From positions 11,408,001-11,472,000 of the forward strand of contig OZ024766.1 in NCBI GenBank assembly GCA_964016885.1: a DNA stretch of 64,000 nt, read 5' to 3'. Position 1 is the stretch's first letter. The number at the start of each line of letters is the position of its first letter. Under the pieces are notes generated by a model. It saw only the letters and a program-made list of their open reading frames with translations, did not search any database and was not told the origin of the DNA. Position numbers and translations under genes: made by a program. The stretch is from Eledone cirrhosa (lineage: Eukaryota). Below, in pieces: positions 50,925 through 64,000 of the stretch.

Positions 50925-52119
50925 TTATGTATATATATGTATGTATTTATGTATATATATGTATGTATTTATGTATATATATGTATGTATTTATGTATAT
51001 ATATGTATGTATTTATGTATATATATGTATGTATTTATGTATATATATGTATGTATTTATGTATATATATGTATGTATGTATTTATGCATATATATGTAT
51101 GTATGTATTTATGTATATATATGTATGTATTTATGTATATATATATATGTATGTATGTATTTATGTATATATATGTATGTATTTATGTATATATATGTAT
51201 GTATGTATTTATGTATATATATGTATGTATTTATGTATATATATGTATGTATGTATTTATGTATATATATGTATGTATTTATGTATATATATATATGTAT
51301 GTATTTATGTATATATATGTATGTATGTATTTATGTATATGTATGTATGTATTTATGTATATATATGTATGTATGTATTTATGTATATATATGTATTTAT
51401 ATGTATTTATGTATATATATGTATGTATGTATTTATGTATATATATGTATGTATGTGTTTATGTATATATATGTATGTATGTATGTATATATATGTATGT
51501 ATGTATGTATATATATATATATGTATGTATGTATGTATGTATATATATATATATGTATGTATGTATTTATGTATATGTATGTATGTATTTATGTATATAT
51601 ATATATGTATTTATGTATATATATATATGTATTTATGTATATATATGTATGTATTTATGTATATATATGTATGTATTTATGTATATATATGTATGTATTT
51701 ATGTATATATATGTATGTATTTATGTATATATATGTATGTATTTATGTATATATATGTATTTATATGTATTTATGTATATATATGTATGTATGTATTTAT
51801 GTATATATATGTATGTATGTATGTATATATATGTATGTATGTATATATATATATATGTATGTATGTATTTATGTATATATATGTATGTATTTATGTATAT
51901 ATATGTATGTATTTATGTATATATATGTATGTATTTATGTATATATATGTATGTATTTATGTATATATATGTATGTATTTATGTATATATATGTATGTAT
52001 TTATGTATGTATATATATGTATGTATGTATTTATGTATATATATGTGTATGTATGTATTTATGTATATATATGTATGTATGTATTTATGTATATATATAT
52101 ATATATGTATGTATGTATT

Positions 52120-52150
<31 letters not shown>

Positions 52151-53287
52151 TTATGTATATATATATATATATGTATGTATGTATTTATGTATATATATAT
52201 GTATGTATGTATTTATGTATATATATGTATGTATTTATGTATATATATATATGTATTTATGTATATATATATATGTATGTATGTATTTATATATATGTAT
52301 GTATTTATGTATATATATGTATGTATGTATTTATGTATATATATGTATTTATGTATATATATGTATTTATGTATATATATGTATGTATGTATTTATGTAT
52401 ATATATGTATGTATGTATTTATGTATATATATGTATGTATATATTTATGTATATATATGTATGTATGTATGTATATATATATATATGTATGTATTTATGT
52501 ATATATATGTATGTATTTATGTATATATATGTATGTATTTATGTATATATATGTATGTATTTATGTATATATATGTATGTATTTATGTATGTATATATAT
52601 GTATGTATGTATTTATGTATATGTATGTATGTATTTATGTATATGTATGTATGTATTTATGTATATATATGTAGGTCTGTATTTATGTATATGTATGTAT
52701 TTATGTCTGTATTTATGTATATATATATGTATATGTATGTATTTATGTATATATATGTATTTATGTATATAATTGTATTTATGTATATATATGTATGTAT
52801 GTATTTATGTATATATATATGTATGTATCTATGTATATATATATGTATGTATGTATTTATGTATATATATGTATGTATGTATTTATGTATATATATATGT
52901 ATGTATTTATGTATATATATATATATATGTATGTATGTATTTATGTGTATATATATATATGTATGTATATATGTATATATATATATATGTATGTATTTAT
53001 GTATATATATATGTATGTATTTATGTATATATATATATATATGTATGTATGTATTTATGTATATATATGTATGTATGTATTTATCTATATATATATGTAT
53101 GTATGTATTTATGTGTATGTATGTATTTATGTATATATATGTATGTATGTATTTATGTATATATATGTATGTATTTATGTATATATATGTATGTATTTAT
53201 GTATATATATGTATGTATTTATGTATATATATGTATGTATTTATGTATATATATGTATGTATGTATGTATTTATGTATATATATGTA
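50860..53287. repeat. ~2.4 kb TATG/TA/TTTA compound satellite
   Basis: gtatttatgtatatatatgtat-type units. Confidence 0.95.
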
Positions 53288-53621
53288 TCATCATTCATCA
53301 TTTCATTTTACGTCCGCTTTTCCCTGCTTGCAAGGGTGGGACGGGAACTGATTCTGGCTTGATTTCTACAGCTGGATGCCCTTCCTAACACCAACCTCAT
53401 TTACAGTGAGTGTTGGGTGCTTTTTTGCTGTGGCACCTTCACAACCACTTTACAGTGGAATGATAGGGACCCCAGTCCCTATCATCTCATTTCTACAGCT
53501 GAGTAAACTGGAGCAATGTGAAATAAAGTGTCTTGCTCAAGGAAACAACACATCACCCGGTCTGAGAATTGAACTCACAACCTTTCGATTGCAAGGCCAA
53601 TGCTCTAACCACTAAGCCATG
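53288..53621 (-). mobile_element. SINE family A
   Basis: Homologous to 22361-22690. Confidence 0.9.
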
Positions 53622-54209
53622 TATTTATGTATATATATGTATGTATGTATTTATGTATATATATATATGCATGTATGTATTTATGTATATATATATATGT
53701 ATGTATATATGTATGTATATATGTATATATATATATGTATGTATGTATGTATTTATGTATGTATGTATGTATTTATGTATATATATATATGTATGTATGT
53801 ATGTATTTATGTATATATATATATGTATGTATGTATTTCATCATCTTCGTTTTTAGTCCACTTTCCGCGCTAGTATGGGTTAGTTTTATAGTCTTTATTA
53901 GTCTATATATTTCATAGACAGACTGAATAAAAATGGTGTAGACATACAACATAACAGGCGGAAAATATAACACCATTGACGATGTTGCAGATGTGCAACG
54001 AAAGATTTATGATAAACTATATATATGTGTTTGTGTCTATATTGTATCTGTATTATTTTTGACCGTCGGTCAGTCAATGGCAACATTGAGGACCGAGTAA
54101 GTTAGATTACAGATATAAAAGACAGCGAGAAGCGAAAACCAACCAAACAGTGAGTGTGTTCTGTTATTAATTCTGGCAATATTACGCAAATATGACCCTC
54201 CCCAAGTAT

Positions 54210-54256
<47 letters not shown>

Positions 54257-54259
54257 TAG

Positions 54260-54295
<36 letters not shown>

Positions 54296-54634
54296 GTACC
54301 AGTCAAGTACTGGGGTTAATTCTCGCTCTATTTTTCTTTCTCACTTCCTCTTTCTCACTTCCTCGTTCTCACTTCCTCGTTCTCACTTCCTCTTTCTCAC
54401 TTCCTCTTTCTCACTTCCTCTCTCTCACTTCCTCTCTCTCACTTCCTCTCTCTCACTTCCTCTCTCTCACTTCCTCTCTCTCACTTCCTCTCTCTCACTC
54501 TATCTTTCCATATATATATATATATACACACACACACGAGATGTCAACATGAATGGACCTGTTATTTTTATCTAAAGACATTTTTTCCAATTCCATCCCA
54601 CCCATCCCTTCAATCTATCTTATTTCTCATTCTT

Positions 54635-54670
54635 TCTTCTGATGAAGGACTAGCGTCCGAAACGTTAAGA
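54635..54670 (+). ncRNA. Minimal Penelope-type hammerhead ribozyme
   Basis: UCUU-CUGAUGA-A-GGAC(UAGC)GUCC-GAAA-CG-UU-AAGA; stem III reduced to the palindrome ACGU. Confidence 0.8.
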
Positions 54671-54781
54671 CCCTCTTCCTGCTATATCAGGCGTTAACCT
54701 AATATATCCCTTCCATATACTGTAGTGATTGTGTTGTTATTTCTGTTTACCTTATAGATATATATATATATGTATATATAT

Positions 54782-57140
54782 ATCATCATCATCATCATCA
54801 TCATCATCATACGTCCGTTTTTCCCTGCTTGCAAGGGTTGGACGGGTCCTATTCAGCACACCATCTCTCCACCTGCCACGGTCCTTCGTCATCTCCTCCG
54901 TGAGCTTCAGCAACCTGAGGTCGGCTCTCACCACCTCCGCCCATGTTTTTCGTGGTCTTCCTCTACTGCATCTTCCCTCCACTGGGACTTCCTGGCACTT
55001 CTTTACCCAGCGGTCATCCTCCATGTACATCACATGTCCATACCATCTCAGCCTTCTCTCCTGCACACCACAACTTATCCCTCTTATACCCAGCCTCTTT
55101 CTCAACTCGTCTATGCTGGGTCGTTCACGCACATTGACATTGCACATCCAGCCGTCGCATATCTTCTGCAGTTGCTGCCCATGTCTCACTACCATGCAGC
55201 ATCGCACATCTCACACAGGCATCATATAATTTCCTTTTGAACGCAGAGAGAAACCCTTCTTTGTCAACAGAAGGAGTAGCTCCCTAAACTTCTTCAAACC
55301 CGTCCTTATTCTAGATACTATGGCCTCGGAACACCCCCCCCCCCTCCTCCTCCCATACTAATTTGATCATCTAGGTAACGGAAGCTATCAACCACCTCTA
55401 TAGAACCCACCTGCATTGGAAAAATGAGTCTATCACTGCGATTACTACTGCCAACTTTCTCTCTACATCTACTGCATACGTATTTCTCCCTACTTGTTAG
55501 TTTGCCTGCTATTCCACTACATCTCTTGTGTACCCAGGATCTGCATTGCGTAAATTTTATGGAATTTATGCCAGTTCCTTTCCTACATATCGAACATGGC
55601 CATTTCCCTGATGGAATCAGAGTTTTGTCCTCTTTTCTACTTATCAACACTTTTGTCTTAGCTAGGTTCACTCTCGGTCCTCTTGATTCCAACTGCTGTT
55701 TCCATAGCCAGAATTTATTCTCTAGCTCCTCTACTGATTCTGCTATAAGAACCAGATCATCAGCATAGAGAAGTTCCCATGGACAGCCAGTCTTAAACTC
55801 CTCTGTTATGGCTTGGTGGACTATAATGAACAAGAGTGGGCTGAGGACAGAACCTTGATGTTCACCTACTTGTATCTGGAATTCCTCACTAAACTCCATT
55901 CCTAGTCTCTCTTTACTGACAGCACCCCTGTACATAGCTTGCACTGTCTTCACAAGCCATTCCTCAACACCTAGTTTCCTTAGGGACCACCAGATGACAG
56001 ATCGGGGTACCTATCAAAGGCCTTCTCTAGGTCAACAAAAGCTAAGTATAGTGGCTTATTCTTCTCTAAGAACCTCTCTTGTAGTTGCCTCACTGTTGTA
56101 CTTTCCTGAGGCACAAAACCAAGCTGCATCTCATCTAAATTGACCCTTTCTCTAATCAGTTGCACTAATATCCTTTCTGCCACTTTCATAACCTGATCCA
56201 TCAGCTTTATGCCCCTATAATTGCTCCTCTTTAGAGCACCCCATTTACCTTTGTAGCAATTTATGAGAATACTGCTGCACCAGTCTTTGGGTATGACACC
56301 ACCATATATAGCCTGACTGATGATGCGTGCAACCAGTTTAGTGCCTACGTCCCCTGATGCCTTCAGCATCTCAGCAACTATTCCCGATGGTCCAGCAGCC
56401 TTACCATTCTTCATTTCCTTAATTGCCTCTTGGACCCTATATTCGTCAATCTCAATAGCTGGTCCCTCTGTTGGGTCAACTGGAGGTAATTCTCTCTCTC
56501 CCATTCGTTCTCTACATTCATCAGTCTCTCATAATGACATTTCCAGGCCTCCTTATTCTGATCATTCGTGACACTAAGTACACATTTATCTCCAACAACA
56601 TCCTGATTTGCATTGACACACTGCCTTGCAATGCAGAACACCGCCCGTTTCTGATCTTCCCATCGCAAAACATTGGTAAACCGCCTACTCTCAGCCTCCC
56701 TGCGTGCTAAGTACACCTGACGTCTAGCTTCTCTCTTAGTGGCTGTATATTCTTCCCTACTCCCACCCTTTTTCCAAGCCTTCCATGCTAGTCTTTTGTC
56801 TCTAATGGCCTTATCTACTGTGCTGTACCACCACCAGGTCACTTTCTGTCTGGTTGGAGCTCTGCTCCAGCCACAAGTTTCTTCAGTAGCCTGCAGCAAG
56901 TTGTCACGCAAGAAATTCCAGTTATCATCTATGTCATACAACTCTAAATCGTCTTCTTGTTCATTGTACGCATCTTGAAGGGCTTTGCTGAATTTATATT
57001 TTAATGAAAGGTCTTTTAGCTTCCAGACCTTTCTTTTCCACACCTTCCTGTATGTCTCATTCTTTCTCTTGCTTACTGAGATGTCACTAACGACTAACCT
57101 ATGCTGTGAGGTACATTCTTCCCCAGGGTAAGCCTTTGTA
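54782..57140 (-). pseudogene. RTE-A LINE, 5'-truncated and frameshifted: end of APE, RT, PHD-like finger, C-terminus
   Basis: GEECTSQHRLVV; GKAAGPSG, SNYRGIKLM, FVDLEKAFD, HQGSVLSPLLF, LYADD; RLRWYGHV...RGRPRKTW; (GAT)n tail. Confidence 0.95.
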
Positions 57141-57174
57141 TTTGACACCATCCATCTCTCTCGCTATCCAATTC

Positions 57175-58100
57175 CATGGAACAAACTACCTGCATCAGTT
57201 GTTAGCTGTCGAGACACTGCATCCTTTAAAACCTCCATGGAACAAACTACCTACATCAGTTGTTAGCTGTCGAGACACTGCATCCTTTAAAACCTCCATG
57301 GAACAAACTACCTGCATCAGTTGTTAGCTGTCGAGACACTGCATCTTTTAAAACCTCCATGGAACAAACTACCTGCATCAATTGTTAGCTGTCAAGACAC
57401 TGCATCCTTTAAAGCCTCCATGGAACAAACTACCTACATCAGTTGTTAGCTGTCGAGACACTGCATCCTTTAAAACCTCCATGGAACAAACTACCTGCAT
57501 CAGTTATTAGCTGTCGAGACACTGCATCCTTTAAAACCTCCATGGAACAAACTACCTGCATCAGTTGTTAGCTGTCGAGACACTGCATCCTTTAAAACCT
57601 CCATGGAACAAACTACCTGCATCAGTTATTAGCTGTCGAGACACTGCATCCTTTAAAACTTCCATGGAACAAACTACCTGCATCAGTTGTTAGCTGTCGA
57701 GACACTGCATCCTTTAAAACCTCCATGGAACAACCTACCTGCATCAGTTGTTAGCTGTCAAGACACTGCATCCTTTAAAACCTCCATGGAACAAACTACC
57801 TGCATCAGTTGTTAGCTGGTGAGACACTGCATCCTTTAAGGCCTCCATACTTCCCGAGATCCGCCAACACTACAGCTAACACATACACACATGTACTTCC
57901 CTGACATTTGTGTATTATTCTATGTACTATACATACACCTTTGACGAGTTGTAGTGCACCTGAGCACTTTACACAATAATTTCATTATTATGTGTATATC
58001 ATGACTCATGTACTGTTCATTTTCCTGATGTTTGTACATTACCCTATGTACTATACATACACTTTTTGATGAGTTATATATTTCATTCTTTCATTATTAT
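57175..58100 (+). mobile_element. CR1-like 3' end with an 11 x 61-bp array and duplicated 3' UTR pieces
   Basis: 57175-57846 is 671 bp. Confidence 0.85.
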
Positions 58101-58689
58101 TATTTCAGAACCCCTATGACTCATTCATACCATATATGGTATACATACTCTATGCTCCCACCCTCACCTCAGTCATATAACGTTTAGCACTCTAGTTTAA
58201 AATTAAAAGAAGCAATTACAATACATATATAGGGAGAGCACCAAATAAAATAGTCGCTATTTCGTATCCCAAAGAACCTTGTTTCACTTCACAACACAAC
58301 TGATCACAGCACACCCACTACACAACTGGAGCAAAGTTTCAGTAACTGGAACATGGGAGATAATTGAAGCTTTTAGTCGAAGCTAACTATTGGATTATCT
58401 CCCTTATTTACTGCACAGTTATATACAGATACTTACATATATACACACTGTCACACCCATACATACATAAATATATACATTATACATACATACATACACA
58501 CATACATACATATATGCATACACACAAATATATACATGCATATATTCATACATACATGCATAAATACATAGATGCATATATACATTCATACATATATACA
58601 TACATGCATACATAACTATATACACACATGCATAAATAAGTGTATACATGCATTTATACATTCATATATACAAGTATATATGCAACCAT

Positions 58690-59810
58690 ACATCATCATC
58701 ATCATCGTTTAATATCTATCTTCCACGCTAGCATAGGTTTAGACGGGAATTGTCCCACGTGAGGTGAGATTGGTTGTCTTGCTCGTATAGGACTGTCTGG
58801 CAGGTTTTCTTCGGCTGGATGCCCTTCCTAACACCAACCATGTTTACAGTGTGGAACTGGGAGGTTTTTACCGTGTTACCTACACGGCCACATTACAGCG
58901 TGGACTGTGTGTTTTTTTGTCGTGACACCTACACAACCTCATTTATTTAGGACTGGATGTTGTGGTACCAACACAACTTTGCATCGAAAGGGGTGGTGTA
59001 GATGGGGGTGGGGGTAGGGGTAGGTTTCACTTTGTACTTAGGCAAGGCGGGTCTTCTGTATTACTGCGTAGCGCAAGATCTCGGTCCAGTGACATTGTCT
59101 TGGAGAGGTGTAAGTGTGTAAGGTCTGAATTTATCAAATCATCCCATGTAGCTTCCATCTATTTTGATCTCACTGCACTTTTTTATACAGCTGTCGTCTT
59201 TCATGTGCATCACGTGACCATACCAATGTAGTCTTCTCTCAAGTAAACAGCATCCGATCCCTCTTATTCCTAATTTCTCACTTAGTTCATTTATGCTTTG
59301 CCGTTCACGTATATTACTATTACACATCCAGCGGAGCAGGAATGCTTCGTTCCTCTCCAGTCTGCGTATATCCTCTGCACACAATGCCCATGTCTCACTG
59401 CCATGTAACATTGCTGTTCGTATGCAGGCATCATACAATCTGCCTTTCATTTTTAGAGAGAAACCTTTAGCGGCTAATAGTGGTATAAGCTCTCTGAACT
59501 TGTTCTAGCTACTGTACTTTCAGAGCACCCTCCACCACTGCTGATTTTGTAACCCAGGTAACGGAAGGTGTCCACTATTTCTATAGAACCATCTGCGCAA
59601 TGGAAGTAGCTAGTATCCTGTGGGCACTTGCTGCTACTTATTGCACCAGAGCACCAGCCACATATAAAATCTATATTCTTAGTTAGTTTACCTGTGATCC
59701 CACTACATCTTTTATGCACCCATACTTTGCATTTGGGACAATAAATGGAGTTTCTGCTTACTCCTTTCCTACACAATGAGCATGGCCATTTCCCAGAGGG
59801 GACCAGTGCT
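58690..59810 (-). pseudogene. RTE-B LINE 3' fragment with PHD-like finger and long 3' UTR
   Basis: WPCSLCRKG...CPKCKVWVHKRC...CGWC; KGRLYDACIRTAMLHGSETW; RLHWYGHV. Confidence 0.9.
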
Positions 59811-59817
59811 TTCGGAA

Positions 59818-60340
59818 ACATTTTTTCACGCTCAGAGTTGCTGAAGCATGGAACAAACTACCTACATCGGTTGTTAGCTGTCGAGACACTGCATCCTTTG
59901 AAACCTCCATAGAACAAACTACCTGCATCAGATGTTAACTGTCAAGACACTGCATCCTTTAAAACCCTCATGCTTCCCAAAATACGCCAATACTACACCT
60001 GATGTCCCCCTTCCATACACATGCACACATGTGTGTATCATGACACATGCACTGTTCATTTTCCTTATGTTTGTACATTACCCTATGTACTATACATACA
60101 CTTTTGATGAGTTGTAGTGCACCTGAGCACTGTACACACTATTTCATTATTATTATTATTTTTACTCCACCTAATATTCCCCCTCCATACACACTCACAC
60201 GTGTATCTGTGTGTATATCATGACTCATACACTGTTTCACTTTCCTGACATTTGTACATTATTCTATGTACTATACATGCACCTTTGATGAGTTGTAGTG
60301 CACCTGAGCACTGTACACAGTAATTTTCATTATCTTATTA
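59818..60340 (+). mobile_element. CR1-like 3' end with only 2 x 61-bp units, plus a second 3' UTR copy
   Basis: 59847-59969 is 122 bp. Confidence 0.85.
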
Positions 60341-60399
60341 TCATAATTATTTATTAAGAAATTACAATTTCCATAATTACATCAAATTTTAAATATTTA

Positions 60400-62328
<1,929 letters not shown>

Positions 62329-62481
62329 AAAGTTAAACAAGGTTCAATGAATACATCAAAGAATGAGTTTTACAATAGATTGTAAGCACTCAACTGTTAT
62401 TAATTTTAATATTAATAACTCTGTATAATAAAATATACTTGATCACAAGAATATCTATTTTGTTAATATTTTGAATTAATA

Positions 62482-62526
<45 letters not shown>

Positions 62527-62700
62527 TAGTTTATATATATAAATATATATATATATATATTTTTTTTTTATTGTGTCCTAATGTGTTTTATTATTGTTGT
62601 TTAACCTCGGGCAAACTTTATAATAAAGCATAGAAATATATTTACAGTGGAATAACAACAAATATGTTTTAAAATATATACATAAATAACATTACAAATG

Positions 62701-64000
62701 TTTGCCTTTCATCCTTATGGGGTCGATAAAATAAAGTACCAGTAATACACTGGGGTGATTGCTGGCCTTGTGCCCCCAAAAGTAGAAACAATTATTACAG
62801 GGTTGATAAAATAAAGTACCAGTAATACACTGGGGTAATTGCTGGCCTTGTGCCAAAAGTAGAAACAATTATTACAGGGTTGATAAAATAAAGTACCAGT
62901 AATACACTGGAGTAATTGCTGGCCTTGTGCCTAAAGTAGAAACAATTATTACAGGGTCGATAAAATAAAGTACCAGTAATACACTGGGGTAATTGCTGGC
63001 CTTGTGCCAAAAGTAGCAACAATTATTACAGGGTTGATAAAATAAAGTACCAGTAATACACTGGGGTAATTGCTGGCCTTGTGCCCCCAAAAGTAGCAAC
63101 AATTGTTACAGGGTTGATAAAATAAAGTACCAGTAATACACTGGGGTAATTGCTGGCCTTGTGCCCCCAAAAGTAGAAACAATTGTTACAGGGTTGATAA
63201 AATAAAGTACCAGTAATGCACTGGGGTAATTGCTGGCCTTGTGCCCCCAAAAGTAGAAACAATTGTTGCAGGGTTGATAAAATAAAGTACCAGTAATACA
63301 CTGGGGTAATTGCTGGCCTTGTGCCAAAAGTAGCAACAATTATTACAGGGTTGATAAAATAAAGTACCAGTAATACACTGGGGTAATTGCTGGCCTTGTG
63401 CCCCCAAAAGTAGAAACAATTATTACAGGGTTGATAAAATAAAGTACCAGTAATACACTGGGGTAATTGCTGGCCTTGTGCCTAACGTAGAAACAATTAT
63501 TACAGGGTTGATAAAATAAACTACCAGTAATACACTGGGGTAATTGCTGGCCTTGTGCCCCCAAAAGTAGAAACAATTGTTACAGGGTTGATAAAATAAA
63601 GTACCAGTAATACACTGGGGTAATTGCTGGCCTTGTGCCCCCAAAAGTAGAAACAATTGTTACAGGGTTGATAAAATAAAGTACCAGTAATACACTGGGG
63701 TAATTGCTGGCCTTGTGCCCCCAAAAGTAGAAACAATTGTTACAGGGTTGATAAAATAAAGTACCAGTAATACACTGGGGTAATTGCTGGCCTTGTGCCC
63801 CCAAAAGTAGAAACAATTATTACAGGGTTGATAAAATAAAGTACCAGTAATACACTGGGGTAATTGCTGGCCTTGTGCCCCCAAAAGTAGAAACATTTAT
63901 TGCAGGGTCGATAAAATAAAGTACCAGTAATACACTGGGGTAATTGCTGGCCTTGTGCCCCCAAAAGTAGAAACATTTATTGCAGGGTTGATAAAATAAA
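62701..64000 (+). repeat. 77/80-bp tandem array (~16 units) derived from the SINE B 3' half; runs off the window
   Basis: Begins with SINE B tttgcctttcatcctta; unit gggttgataaaataaagtaccagtaatacactggggtaattgctggccttgtgcccccaaaagtagaaacaattattaca. Confidence 0.95.

Noticed and set aside
50835-53388. Long Y/I/C/M/V ORFs here and elsewhere
   Set aside because: Translations of TA/TG microsatellites

Overview
This is a repeat-saturated, AT-rich eukaryotic window, most likely from a cephalopod (octopus-like) genome; that assignment is inferred from the SINE/LINE and microsatellite make-up. No intact host gene is visible, and almost all long ORFs in the track are microsatellite or tandem-repeat artefacts. 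The window holds degraded non-LTR retrotransposons of three clades: Tx1/L1-like with a zf-RVT end, RTE with a PHD-like finger, and CR1-like. It also holds two tRNA-headed SINE families, many minisatellite arrays derived from retroelement fragments, and a ~7 kb duplication across a 200-N gap. The most notable hidden layer is about 25 type I hammerhead ribozyme motifs from several sequence families. They sit in short, often palindromic (fold-back) elements embedded in (TA)n tracts, resembling Penelope-like pLTR remnants. One family shows stem covariation, several share a downstream TTGAGTRC motif, and one element is present in only one copy of the duplicated block.
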